Shown piece after piece: positions 51,968 to 64,000 of a stretch of 64,000 bases of DNA; position 1 is the first letter of the stretch, and every line of letters begins with the position of its first letter. Source of the stretch: Takakia lepidozioides (lineage: Eukaryota > Plantae > Bryophyta); the NCBI GenBank assembly GCA_030704615.1, contig CM060734.1, positions 56,172,001-56,236,000 on the forward strand, given 5' to 3'. A program made the position numbers and the translations under genes. The notes under the pieces are model-generated. The model was not told the origin of the DNA and ran no database searches. It saw only the letters and a list, made by a program, of their open reading frames with translations.

Positions 51968-54900
51968 ATGGAGCTTGGTTTGGCATCGGAAAAGCTCGGC
52001 TCTTTCAAATCTCTAGGGCTGGATGGGATACCTAACGAATTCTTCAAAGCCATTTGGCTGATTAGTGAAGACTTCTTGGCCATGACTCAAGACATTCTTG
52101 CGAAAGGCTTGATGCCGTCCCAGCTCTCTCAGGGTCTCATTACCATAATTTTCAAAAAAAAGAATAGAGATGACATTAAGAATTATAGACCCATTACTCC
52201 TCTGAATTTTGTTTACTGCAAGATCATTATTCGCCCTGAACAAACTGGGTTCCTTAAGAAGCGTATGATCCTTGATAACATCCTGTTGGTCAACAAAGCC
52301 CTGCATCATGTTTATGTTTCAAGTCAGCCTCTGCCTCTCCTAATGTTAGACTTCGAGAAGGCCTTCGATAACATAGGATGTGATTATATCTTTGCTGCAA
52401 TTGAAAAATGCGATATTGTGGGTGACTTCTTGAGTTGGATCAAGATTCTTATTTCTTCTGCCAGCAGTAAGGTTAGAGAGAGAAGACTCCAGCCGAAGCT
52501 GGCGTAACTAAGAGCCACTTCGCCTTGCGGCTACTGCCCCCTGTCGGGGGTGGGCCCTATATAAAAGACAGGTGACCGGTTGGTCACCTAGTAACCAGGG
52601 TATGTGTGTTGTGGTGCTAGAAAGGAGAATGAGGGGTACCATGGGGGGGTAGGGGGGGGGGGGGGGGGGGGGGTGCCTTAGGGTTCCTAGGGTACTGATG
52701 TTGGATTGGACTCGAGTTTTCGTTTATTGGTGATAATAGTTGTGAGAGAACAGAGGGCTGTGAGGTGGATAGCTTGAAAACATTTGTGAATTGGGGAGAT
52801 AGGGATGTAAAAATTGTTGTGCAGGTCATTAATATTGGCATTGTGTATGCCTCCTCTAATACTTGTCGTGATGATGGTTAGATGACCGGTGCGCCATCCT
52901 TGCCGACGGATATCAAGGGTGGGGTGTATTTTTGCGTCTTGTGGGCATCGGTCGTGACAGTATATGAACTCGATGAAGTGGATAGTGAGTGATGGGGATG
53001 GTGTGGTAGGAGGTAGGGTAGCCCTGCGTAGACCCTGCACTAGTAAAATATCTGGGCAGAGTCTGGCTGGACAGGTACATGTTCGAGAGGTACAAGTGCA
53101 TGGAAGCAGCCATGGTGGGACAGTGTGATCAGGTGGGCGACCTTGGTATCTGCCTACGTTTAGGAGTGTGTACCATCTGGTTTGGGCACGGCTGAGGAGT
53201 AGTTTGTGGATATGCCATACTGCTTGGTTGTGTCGAGTAATATGTAGGCCATGTATGATAGGGTGTGTACATTGGCTAAGTAAGTGTGGCCAGGTGTCAC
53301 GTTCTTGATGGGTGCCTGAGCAGAGTGGGCAGTATGGAGATGGAAAAAGACGTGGCCAGAAAATCTGCTTGCGCTGGTGTCTCATGTATTGGGCGTATCT
53401 GAATTTAAGGACTTGACGAATTTGTGCATCTGTAGTAATTTTGGTATTCCAGAAGTGATGTGATAGTTTATGGTGTAGCACATTGGATTATGTCCACTTT
53501 TGGATGTGGACTTTAGTATGGCTAATTGATGCAACGGCTTGTTTGTTAGCTTTCCTAGTGAGAGTGGCAAGGATATTCCAAACGGGTCTGGGTGCAGGTG
53601 GATCTGGAACAGGGTGTATGAACCAAAATGGGTGAGTGTGGGCGATGTGAATAGGGTCATCAGATGGGATCACACGAGGTTGGGCAGCCCCAGCTTGAGC
53701 AAACTGGTCGGCAGCATCATTTCCATGTATCCCCGTATGCGAGCGGACTTTTGCGGAAACGGATGGGGTGGAATTTGGAGAGAACTAGTTGGACAATGGC
53801 AGTGATGAGATTGCGGTCTGGGTGGTGATGGTGGGATGAAGGGCGGGCTATGTGGTTTCTGATAAGGAAGAATGAAGTAAAGGCTGTCGCGTTGTACGAG
53901 TAGGATAAGGGTTAGAGATGGTTCCTTCTGCTGAAGGTATTTGGGAAGAGGGGAGGTGTGCGTATTTAAGTTGATTTGGTTCAATAGTGGCTAGTAAATG
54001 GGCTCCAGTGGGAAGGCGTAAAAGGGGGTAGGAATCGTTAGGCGATTTTTGTTCGGTGAGAATAAGTATTGCGAAGGCATATGGAGAAGTGTGGGCGGCT
54101 AAACGCGCCCATTGGAGGGCTTCATGTGTCGGGGAGCCGGCAGGGGGTGAGCAAGGCCTCTGTCAGACCAAGTGTGTTGTATAGCGGTGCCTGTGGCGCC
54201 AAAGAGGCAGTCTCTATGGTTGGGCTGGCATATGTGGTTAGTTCTATGGGACATGTAAGGGGGCTGGAGTAGTATGAATGAGTTGAAATGAGTTAATAAG
54301 CAGTGTAAGGATGTCTTGGGGGAGGGTACTGTGAGCACATGCCTGTGTCAGTCGGTAGTTTTTTCAGGGGGGGGGGGGGGTGTCTTTGAGGTATCGCTCT
54401 ACTAACCAATTGATTTCGGTAGTGAAGTCTTGTTTGGGAGGTTGTAGGGATGTCAATTGAGTGTGTGTGGTGGAGTATTTTTCCCATAACCATTTTAAAC
54501 GGTTATTAGGGATTAAGCCAATGAATTGACTGTACTTGGCGTGTATACTAGAGAAGCGGGGGCCCATGCAAATCATGGGAGGGTCGTGATTGATGTCTTT
54601 GTCACGGTTGCATTCTGTTATGCAGATATGGATATTAGGGGCCTGTATTGGGTTGTGTATGAATCACTTGTCCATGGGTTGAAGGGGGGAAGCATGTTGT
54701 TGCTGGATATGAGTGAGAAAGTTGGTATTGGTAAGTTTGTGAAAGGTGGTCAGGAGGGTGAGGTTATGTGTGGGGTCACAATCATCATGGGAGTCGAAAA
54801 GATCATCCTCTATTTGCCAGATGTTGTCTTCGGAGGGGTATCCGGCCCATTTGCAGTGGTCCATACATGTGGCTCCAAAGGAGTCAATCGACGTTTGGGT

Positions 54901-55213
54901 TTTTATGCCTATGATAGCTTCAATAACGTAGGCATCTGGATTTTCAGAGTTGTGTGGTGGGGTAGTGGGAGGTGACAGTAAGGTTATGATTAATGGGGCT
55001 CTATCACATCCTTTTCGGCTCTTCCGTTCGGTAAAACAAGGTTGTTTCATTTCCCCCTTTCTTTTTCTTATAGCTGCAGATGGCTTAGGCCATTTCCCAC
55101 AAAGTCATGTAGACATTATGGGCCTCAGGGTTGCCTATCCCCCCTCTCTTTCATACAATATAAAGGCTTCTATGTATGCTGATGATGCAATTTTACTACT
55201 GGATAACAACTAA
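51968..55213 (+). mobile_element. L1/Tx1-clade LINE reverse transcriptase relic, split by an insertion
   Basis: KSLGLDGIPNEFFK..NYRPIT..QTGFLK..LDFEKAFD..SASSKV | MINGALSHPFRLFRSVKQGCFISPFLF..YADD; the halves rejoin across the TSD CAGTAAGGTTA. Confidence 0.88.
52476..54975 (-). mobile_element. 5'-truncated Dualen/RandI-like LINE (chromodomain, RNase H, zinc knuckle, restriction-like endonuclease)
   Basis: 11-bp TSD (52465-52475, 54976-54986); RNase H DSL..KVRSHTGIHGNDAAD (frameshifted, about 53690-53890); CPLC..HLLSQC..RHN..PDILL..IEF in ORF 52687-53481; (CT)n 3' tail. Confidence 0.8.
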
Positions 55214-55269
55214 GGAAGCAGGAAGCAGCCATAACTTCTTGTCTCAAAGTTTTATAAATAAGTGCAAGC

Positions 55270-55560
55270 TGCAATTAAAGGAGGTGGGCGCTAGCACCAT
55301 TCTACTGCCCAATGGAGATGCATGACCCACCAACAGCAGAAGCTTGGAGGTCCCTATAACAATGCAAGGGATCACCATTGAGGTGGATTTTGAGGTTTGG
55401 GATGGCGCAAGATACGATGTCATTTTGGGGATGCAGTGGCTGGCAGTTGTGGATGCTCAAGTGGCATGCTGAGATTCATCAGTGGAGGGGTGTCACCTGC
55501 TGGTAAGCGGTTCAAGCTTACAAGTACAAGAGCCCTACCCAATGTACCTTTATTGTCAGC
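55270..55560 (+). mobile_element. Ty3/Gypsy aspartic protease fragment
   Basis: ..VDFEVWDGARYDVILGMQWLA.. matches the retropepsin DVILG-x-x-WL motif. Confidence 0.55.
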
Positions 55561-55561
55561 C

Positions 55562-58500
55562 TGTCAAGGACGAGAACATGACTGAACACAAACAAGAGAT
55601 CAGATTAGAGGTATAAGACTAGACAAGAAGTCAAGGTTGGCGTGGCCGAATGCATGATGGGTAAACATGAATCAAGATGATCTTTATAACAAAGGACAAG
55701 AGTACAAGATACTGGAACTCGACTTGAATACTGGAATGCTGGGAACTGGACTAGAGTGCCAGATACTGAAAACTGGGCTAGAGTACTGGAAGCTGAACTG
55801 GAATGCTGGAACTGGAAACAAGAGTAGCTTGAACTTGTGTTGGCGAGACTGAAGAGTGTCCAGTCTCGCCTCCTATATATATTTGGCTATTAGGAAGTTC
55901 CTTAAGGAAGCTTCCCCAATGGAGGTTTCTTGATGGAGAAGTTTCCTTAAACAAAAGAGGTATCTTGATGGAGAAGTTTCATCCAAAAGAAGCTTCCTGA
56001 GCAGTTTCCCAAGGTACTCTCGGTAATTTGGTAAACTTCCGATAACTTGATAACTAATGGTAACTTATAAAAAAATATGGTATATCATGGTAATTTTCAA
56101 TAACATGGTAACTTGGTAACTTTAATATTTACTCAAAGTAAATTCCTTTGGGCTATGTCCGTGGCATCACCCCCTCCTCTAGCGCCGAGTTCCTCGAGGA
56201 GCGGTAAAATCTTGGGCTTGCTTAGAGTTGGAGAAAATCCAAAATCCGGCGAATGGTACTTGCCAAATATTTGGTTATTCGTTCTTGACTCAAATGATTT
56301 ATAGGTCCCTGCAACCATCGATAGTATCCAACACCTTGAACTTGGGACCATGCAGTGATTTGAGCATTCGAAGCTGCCTTCAAACATGATTTCGTTGTCA
56401 TCTAGGTTCGAAACCTCAACCTCCAACAGGATTATCAGATTTCGAGTAGGCTCCACTTGTCGTTGTACGGGGTCCAGACAAGGAAGTACGCGTCGCATTG
56501 GTGGCCCATCGTCTCGAAAGTATCGGCGTGATGTTGAAGGTTGTGAGAATCGGAATGGCTGATCTGGTAATTGGGTAAGCGACAGCTCCAATGTATCTGG
56601 TTCCTGTGACTTCATGCTGCCAATACAAGATGCAAGAGTGCTGGAAGTGTAGCTATATATACTGATGTGTGGTGTCCCCCCTCCTTAGCGTGTATCAGGT
56701 ACACTGAATGTGAAGTCTTCACCTTGAGGCTAACTTGGCTGACATCATCGTTGTGACGTCTCATTGACATGTAGCTTGGGGCTTAGCTGGATATCGTTGA
56801 TGAAACTCTTAGACTTTGTCAGATGCATTGGCGAGGTTGGATGAAGGTTCCCACGTTCGTTCGCTGATGACGTAGCTTTTCCAATATATTAAATACTCAA
56901 GATGTTTATACTTGATGCGAGAGTCTAGGACTTCGTCGACTTCATATTCGATTTCATAATTGACTTTGATTGGTGGAGTTGATACGGAACCTCTCCCTGG
57001 AATATTCGATGGATGATACAATTCCAATAATGAAACATGAAAGACTGGATGGATGCGCATACTTCGTGGGAGTTTAAGCCGAAAACTGACCGGATTTATT
57101 TGACGAATAATTTTGAATGGTCCCAGGTGTTGATATTCCAACTTCCTTGATGGTCGCAAGGTTTGTATGTCCCGTCAAAGAAGCCATATACGATATCCGA
57201 CCTTGAACTGGGGTTGAAGTTGTCAATGTTGATCTGCATACTCCTTGTATTGTTTTTGAGCTTTTGCGAGGTGGAATGTAAGCTCCTTGTGAATCGTAGC
57301 AAGATGAGTAGCAAGGTTTTCCGCAGTAGGGCTTCCAACAGTCTTCATGTGGAACGGGTTTGCTCGAGGATGATGACCATAATTAGAGAAAAATGAAGTT
57401 TGTTTGGTCGAAGCATGTATAATGTTGTTGCAGGCAAACTCAGCCAATGACAGAAGATCCGTCCAATTATCTTGGTGATAATTTATTGTACAGCGAAGAT
57501 ACTGCTCCAAAATATGGTTTACGCGTTCGGTTTGACCATCAATCTGTGGATGATTAGCTGTAGAGAGGTTGATCTTAGTATCCAATATGTGAAATAATCC
57601 CCTCCAAAAATTTCATGTGAACTGTGGTTCTTGATCAGATATGATGTCCTTCGGGAGTCCATGAATGCGGTAGATATTATTGAGAAAGAGTCTTGTAGTT
57701 TTCTCGCCGATAACCGTCTTATTACATGGGATGAAATGTGTCATCTTCGTAAAACAATCTACAATAACAAGGATTGAATCAGTGGTTTTGGAAATTGGAA
57801 GGTCTGTAATAATGTCCATAGACACGGACGACCATGGGCCCTTGGGAATGGGTAATGGTTGAAGAAGGTCGTAAGGTCGATGTCGTGGTCCATTTGCTCT
57901 AATACACGTGTCACAAGATTTTATAAATTCTTTCACGAATTTCCACATCTGCGGCCACCAATAATCCTTGGATATCAATTCCATTGTTTTGTTGAAGCCA
58001 AAATGTCCTGCAGCCGGAAGATCATTACTTGTTTGAAGAATTCAAAGTCGTATAGGTTCTGGAGGTACATAGAGAAGTCCCTTGAAGTAAAGTAAGCCAT
58101 CTTTGAACTCGAAATCATTTGTAACATGTGGGTAAAGTTGATTCAGTTGATTTCGTAGTGTTTTAGCACATTGGTCGTTCTTCGGTGCTTCTTGAATCTT
58201 CTTTATGATCTCTTTAACCAATAGAGGGAGTAGTGGACCGTTTACCACTATGGCTCACGACCACTGTAACGAGCCACTTTACATCCGTCTGGCAATTCCA
58301 AGAACCTTTGAAAGGACATGGATAACATACTCAATTGGAGATTTGCTGATTTCAAGATGATGGAATTTTATTGGTTGAAAGCTGCATCCACTTCTTTTGG
58401 CGCAAGATACGATCATCGAGAAATAACATCTAGTTTTCCTTGAAGATGTCCAGGACGGTAGATAATAACAAAATCAAACATTGCTAGTGACATATTCCAT

Positions 58501-59213
58501 CTCGTTTGACATTGAATCAAAACACGAGTACTCATAAAATACTCGAGGTTTTTGTGATCGGTGTAGATAGTGACATGATTTTTAGCTCCTTTCAATAGAT
58601 GACGTCACTCTTCAAAAGCATCGATAATCGCTAGAAGTTTTTTGTCATGGATTTCATAATTGATCTCCGCGGCGGAAAATTTGTGAGAACGAAAACCAAC
58701 AAGGTGGAGTCGGCCATCCGTACTGTGTTGAGAGAGTACAGCACTAAGTGCAAATTCCAATGCATCTGCTTCTAAAAAGAATGGTATGGATGGGTCTGCA
58801 TGTACCAATATTGGAGCTGTTGTAAATGTCTGCTTCAGCCTTTCAAATGTCTGGTCAACCTTCTCGTCCCATACAAATTTGTCCTTCCCTGTGAGTCGTG
58901 TCAATGGTGCAGCAACTTTGGAGTAGTCATTGATGATATGGAAATTTATAAATCCCATAAAATATTGTACATCTCGAACCGAAGTTAGTATAATCCACTC
59001 GATGATGGTTTGTATTTTCTTCTGATCCATAAAGATGCATTTGTCGGAAATAATGTAGCCTAGAAATTCGACCTCAGATTGATAGAAAAGTCATTTTTTT
59101 CCAACTATGCATATAGTCTTCTTTCTCTTAATTTATCAAGGACAAGGCGTACATGACGGCCATGTTCTTCTTCATTCTGTGAAAATATCAAAATGTCGTC
59201 CAAATAAAGAACT
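55562..59213 (-). mobile_element. Ty3/Gypsy chromovirus (Tcn1-like) 3' half: RT, RNase H, integrase, chromodomain and 3' LTR; pseudogenised
   Basis: YLDD near 59200; NYEIHDKKLLAII, TDHKNLEYF; integrase SVSMDIIT..DGQTERVN; GPF motif; chromodomain YEVDEVLDSR..YLIYWKSY..RTWEP; PPT agaggagggggtga then LTR 56166-55562 (TG...CA). Confidence 0.9.
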
Positions 59214-62200
59214 TATAACAGGATAAAATCTAGAAAGAGTAGAAAAGTTCCCTAGAAGTTTCCAGAATAATTAGGAATGTTGCTAAGAAGTTTGACTTAA
59301 GGAAGTTTGACTTGAGGCTCTCAAGTCAAACCTCTAAGATATTCATATTATGGAGAGTAGGTCAAATCTTTTGATAAAGTCATATTATGAAAAATATGTC
59401 AAACCTAGGAAGGTTGACTTTAAGAGGTTTTGACTTGAGGCTCTCAAATCAAACCTTTAAAATAATCATATTGTGAATGGTATATAAACCTGCAATGAAA
59501 GCCTAGAAGGCATCGAGTTGTTTTGGGATAAAGTTGAGAAGTACTTCTATTCTAGTTTGTGTAGATCCTGGGTGTTACAATGGTATCAGAGCCTAGTCTT
59601 TCTTAAAGTTGGGAGTGAATACCCTCTTTAGGAGGATTCGATTAAGATGTTTTTTTTTAAAAGAGATTTTTGTTGTTAATATTTTTAAGTGTTGAATAGA
59701 TAGTAGTGATAGTGTGTCATAACGATAGTATAAAAAATTTATAAACTTAAATCAACCCCCTTTTCGTGATTTTCCTTCGGAGTGTGAGTTTAAAATTATA
59801 TGTTGTCGTAAGGCAGAAATAACAGAGATTTGGAGAGGAACAATATCAAGAAGTGTTACAAAACCCACGACCTGTCGTCTTTCTTATAATTAGAATTGGA
59901 ATGTATACATATGTGTATATACATAGTTCATGGATCGAGGTAGATATTTTCTGCTTAATTTTCCACCGCCAAATGTATTTAGTATCAATGTGCGCGTCAT
60001 CGACAAACATCATCTTGTAAGATTTTTGGTTGCAGAATTTGGAATAAAATTCATGAACCTTGTCATGAGTTCAAACGTCTCATTTGTATTACCAATAGTC
60101 ACGTACGGGATGGTTTGGGATTGCACTATTTACATATTGTATTATGATAAAAGAATAGAGATAGTATACGTTAATCTTAGAAGACAAGCACCACGAAGGA
60201 AGGAATAGTGGAGCAAGATGGCGGACAATGAAGAAATTGTGGACAACGCACATACTACTCATCAAGCCAATAATCAGACGGTGTGGATAATGGAGCGTAC
60301 ACAAATTGCAGAATGATTTTGTCACGACCCAACAACAAAACAACGTGTTGATGGAGGAGCTTAAACAAGTGAGACAATCAACCGCCCCGGGACTGGTTGC
60401 TGGTGGGTCGGATACGTTATTGCAAAAGATGACTAAGACGTGCAAGGTCAAGCCGTATAAAGGAAGTCGCGCCATGGGAGTGTTAGAAGGATGGATTTAT
60501 CGAATGGAGGTACATCTGTCATATTTCCCTACATCAAGTGATTTGGACCACGGAATGTTTATACGATCTTTTCTACTCGACAATGCTTCAACATGGTTAC
60601 AGACATGGGAGAGAAGATAGATTGCAAAAGAAGAACATTTACTATGGAGCACCTTGAAAGCGGAACTGCTCCAACAATTCAAGGCTGCTCGAATGAAATT
60701 ATGGAACTTGAAACAACGCGAGAGTGTGCAAAATTACACTGAAGATTTTTTGAATCTTCAAGTCCCAATCAAAGACATGAGTCATGCAGAAGCTTTAGAC
60801 AACTTTGAAATATGATTGAAGAAGAAAATTCAATAAGAGATAATTTTACGCAACCTGGTTGATGTCCACGAAGCAATTTTATTGGCCCAAAAGATTGAAG
60901 GGATGCTACCAAGATACGACGAAGGTATACATGTCCCATTGAACCAGTACAGACCAACGCCTATGGAGCTTGGAAATCTTCGAAGACAGGATAACTTCCA
61001 ATATTCTCAAAGAAATAGGCCGGGAATCAGATATGGAGAAGATAACACACAACGGCGAATGAAATTGAATGACAAGGATGTGACCTCCTCAACATTCTCA
61101 CGAACAGAAGGACAAATGGAAACTAGACAATGTTACAACTGTGAAAAATACGGACATCTTGTGGCCAATTGCTGAAGTGGAATGTACAATCGATAAACTT
61201 ATCGAAAACCTCTTAACAATTTAAGGAGAGGAGAAGATAACGAACATCACAATGAGCAGGAAAACGAGAACAACCAATAAGTAGACCTCGCGGTCTTATT
61301 GTTTCTACAAAGAAGAGGAAAGGTGAAGGGCCCTACAAGGAAAAAAGACAAATCAATCATGCGGGCAAGAAAGAGACGCAGTTAATTGTGGCAGATGGAA
61401 CCTTGGAAGGTATTCATGTGAGAGTGTTGATAGATCCTGGGCCAACAGAAACCTTCTTATTTAAAAATGGTGCCTTGAAACTATGACTCCCCTTAGAAAA
61501 TGATGAAAGAGATGAAGTAGAAATGTCAAATGGACATAATATTAGGCATTCCTTGGATGGAATCTCACAACCCCGATGTTGATTGGCGTCGAAAGATAAT
61601 CAAAACCTAGAATTGAGAAATATGGGGAGATCAAGTGAGGACACCATATCGAAACCTATCATCATTTGTTATAGGTACTACAGTTATATATAAGAAAGAC
61701 GTATTATTTGTAGGTTTAATAAGAGACATGAAAAATCCAAAAAAAAAGACATGAGTGAGGTCCCTATAGAATTACAGAGTGTATTGAAAGAGTTCAAATA
61801 TGTTTTTCCAGATGACCTACCAGCATGGCTTCCGCAAAAAAGAAAAGTAGAGCATAAGATTGAGGTTGTTCCAAGTAGTACTCTTTCTTGTAAAGTCCCT
61901 TATCGATTAGTACCAAACGAGTTGGAAGAATGTAAGGCTCAAGTTGAGGACCTACTATCAAAGGGCTTTATAAGACCAAGTGTATCCCCGTATTGAGCGC
62001 CAGTGTTATTTGTGAAGAAAAAAGATGGAGCAATGCGCATGTGCATTGATTATCGAGCACTCAACCAACAGACAGTGAAGAACAAGTACCCGTTACCACG
62101 CATAGACGATCTATTTGACCAACTGCGAGGAGCAAAATACTTTACGAAGCTTGATTTGAGGAATAGATACAACTAAATTCGAGTCGCTGATGAAGATGTA

Positions 62201-64000
62201 TATAAAACCGTTTTCCGCACTAGGTATGGACATTTTGAATACTGGTTATATCATTTGGTCTCACCAATACCCCAACCACATTCATGGGCCTTATGAATAA
62301 TATCTTCCACCCATTCTTAGATAGATTTGTGATAATTTTTTTAGATGATATTTTGTTCTATAGTAACAGCCTTGTCGAGCATAGAAACCACCTCAAACAA
62401 GTATTACAAGTTCTCTGTGAGAATCAGTTATATGTCAAAGCATCTAAATGTGAGTTTGAAAAACAAGAAGTAGATTATCTTGGGCATCGCGTGAGTAAGA
62501 AGGAATTGAGGTAATGAGTGAGAAAATAGAAGTTATTCAGCAGTGGATAGCCCCTGAAGACATTATCCAATTAAGGAGTTTTCTTGGCCTTACCGGATTC
62601 TACAGACGATTTGTACGGACATTCTCAAAGATTGCCCAACCATTGACAAATCTTTTGGGCAAAGGAATTAGATGGAAGTGGGGTACAGAAGAAGAGTTAG
62701 CATTTCAGGCCTTGAAAGATGCGTTGCTTCATGTCCCGATCTTGAAATGGTATGATCCGACAAGACTAATCAAGCTCTCGGTAGATGCGTCAGGCTCAGC
62801 AGTTTGGTGGGTGTTACAACAAGAATGGGAAGGCGGATGGTACCTAGTGGCATATTTTTCTCGCAAATTGTTACCTACGGAATAAAATTACCATACAACC
62901 GAACGAGAAGAATTGGCTATTATTTTGGCTACAAAACATTGGAAGCACTATGTTGGAGACAAAGAGTTCATAGTGGAGACAGACCATAAACCGTTGGTGT
63001 ACTTGAAGACACAGAAAGATCTATCGAAGAGACAGATTTGTTGGGCGGAGTGGCGACAACAATTTAACATGAAGATCGTCTATATGGAGGGGAAACGACA
63101 ATTGGCGGATGCAATGACAAGGATGTTGCGCATGAACACATTGACAGAAATCAACATTCAACCCGATTGGTGGAACAAGATAGCGACGGCTTCTAAAGAT
63201 GATGGGGAGATCGTGGACGCTAAGAAGAAAGGCAAAGTGACAGAAGTTCAAGGGTTGGTATTCAAGGAAGGTAAACTTTGGATCCCTGATGAACCTGCAT
63301 TGAAGACAGAAGTTTTGTTTGAAGCTCATGATACGACGATAGCATGACATGTTGGAGTTGAAAAAACATTCGAACAATTAAAACGAACATTTTATTGGCC
63401 TCGGATGCGAGACGAGATGGAGGCGTACGTTTGAAGTTGCATGAAATGTCAACAAAACAAGTCAACACACCGCAAGCCAGCAGGTTTTTTATAACCACTA
63501 CCAGTACCAAACAGACATTGAGAACATATGAACATGGATTTAGTTTGTGAGTTACCTCAAACCTTATCAAGATACGACACTATAGTGGTCTTTGTAGACA
63601 AATTGAGTAAGATGATACACATCCGTCCCACTAGAAAATTCATCACTACACTTGAACTAGCTCGATTATATCTAAAAGTGGTCTATTCCCATCATGGGTT
63701 ATCTAAAGTTTTCATTATTGATAAGGGTACCCAATTTACTAGCTTGTTTTGGAAAAGCTTATTTGATCTTTTTAAAACCAAATTAGCTATGTCAACAGCC
63801 TCTCATTCGGAGTCAGATAGACAGACAGAGCAAGCGAATCGTACAATTGAAGACATGTTGCGGGCCTTTATGTTAGAAGAACAAGAAGAGTGGGATTGGT
63901 TATTACCATTGGTAGAATTCTCATACAATAACTCGGTCAACGCGTCAATTAAAAAAACTCATTTCTTTTTAATGTATGACGAACACCCAAATGTGCCAAC
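59214..64000 (+). mobile_element. Ty3/Gypsy LTR retrotransposon (5' LTR, PBS, gag, protease, RT, RNase H, integrase), degenerate, runs off the window
   Basis: LTR 59214-59579 (tataaca...tgttaca); PBS TGGTATCAGAGC 59581-59592 (tRNA-iMet); gag PMEL and CYNC..GHL..C; RT FLDD; TDHKPL; integrase; many stops and frameshifts; inserted into the RT of the previous element. Confidence 0.92.

Noticed and set aside
52645-52676. Long poly-G tract (possible G-quadruplex)
   Set aside because: Homopolymer within a TE 3'UTR; length unreliable and no evidence of function.

Overview
Eukaryotic DNA from a non-seed land plant, most likely a moss (inferred from gene and transposon types). It starts with the last exon of an IAR1-like ZIP metal transporter. 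The core is a convergent (tail-to-tail) pair of SBP-box/SPL transcription factor genes. SPL-A (+, 4 coding exons, 17208-21704) has a canonical miR156/miR529 site in its last exon. SPL-B (-, 7 coding exons, 34825-30792) is SPL8-like, has no intact miR156 site, and appears to have a very long 5' leader containing a previously unannotated miR535-like target site (38457-38477). The SPL-A leader holds a hairpin with a miR536-like arm. Upstream of SPL-B are about 11 kb of CpG-rich islands rich in GTAC, G-box and CATG motifs, plus a cluster of tRNA-derived SINE heads. The remainder is nested transposons: a solo LTR in a minisatellite, hAT relics, MITEs, a TTAA-flanked piggyBac-like element and two nested Ty3/Gypsy elements. 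An L1 is split by a Dualen/RandI-type LINE fragment carrying a chromodomain, a putative PCIF1-like methyltransferase relic, RNase H and a restriction-like endonuclease. All calls were made by eye and no database searches were run; reference miRNA and protein motifs are quoted from memory.
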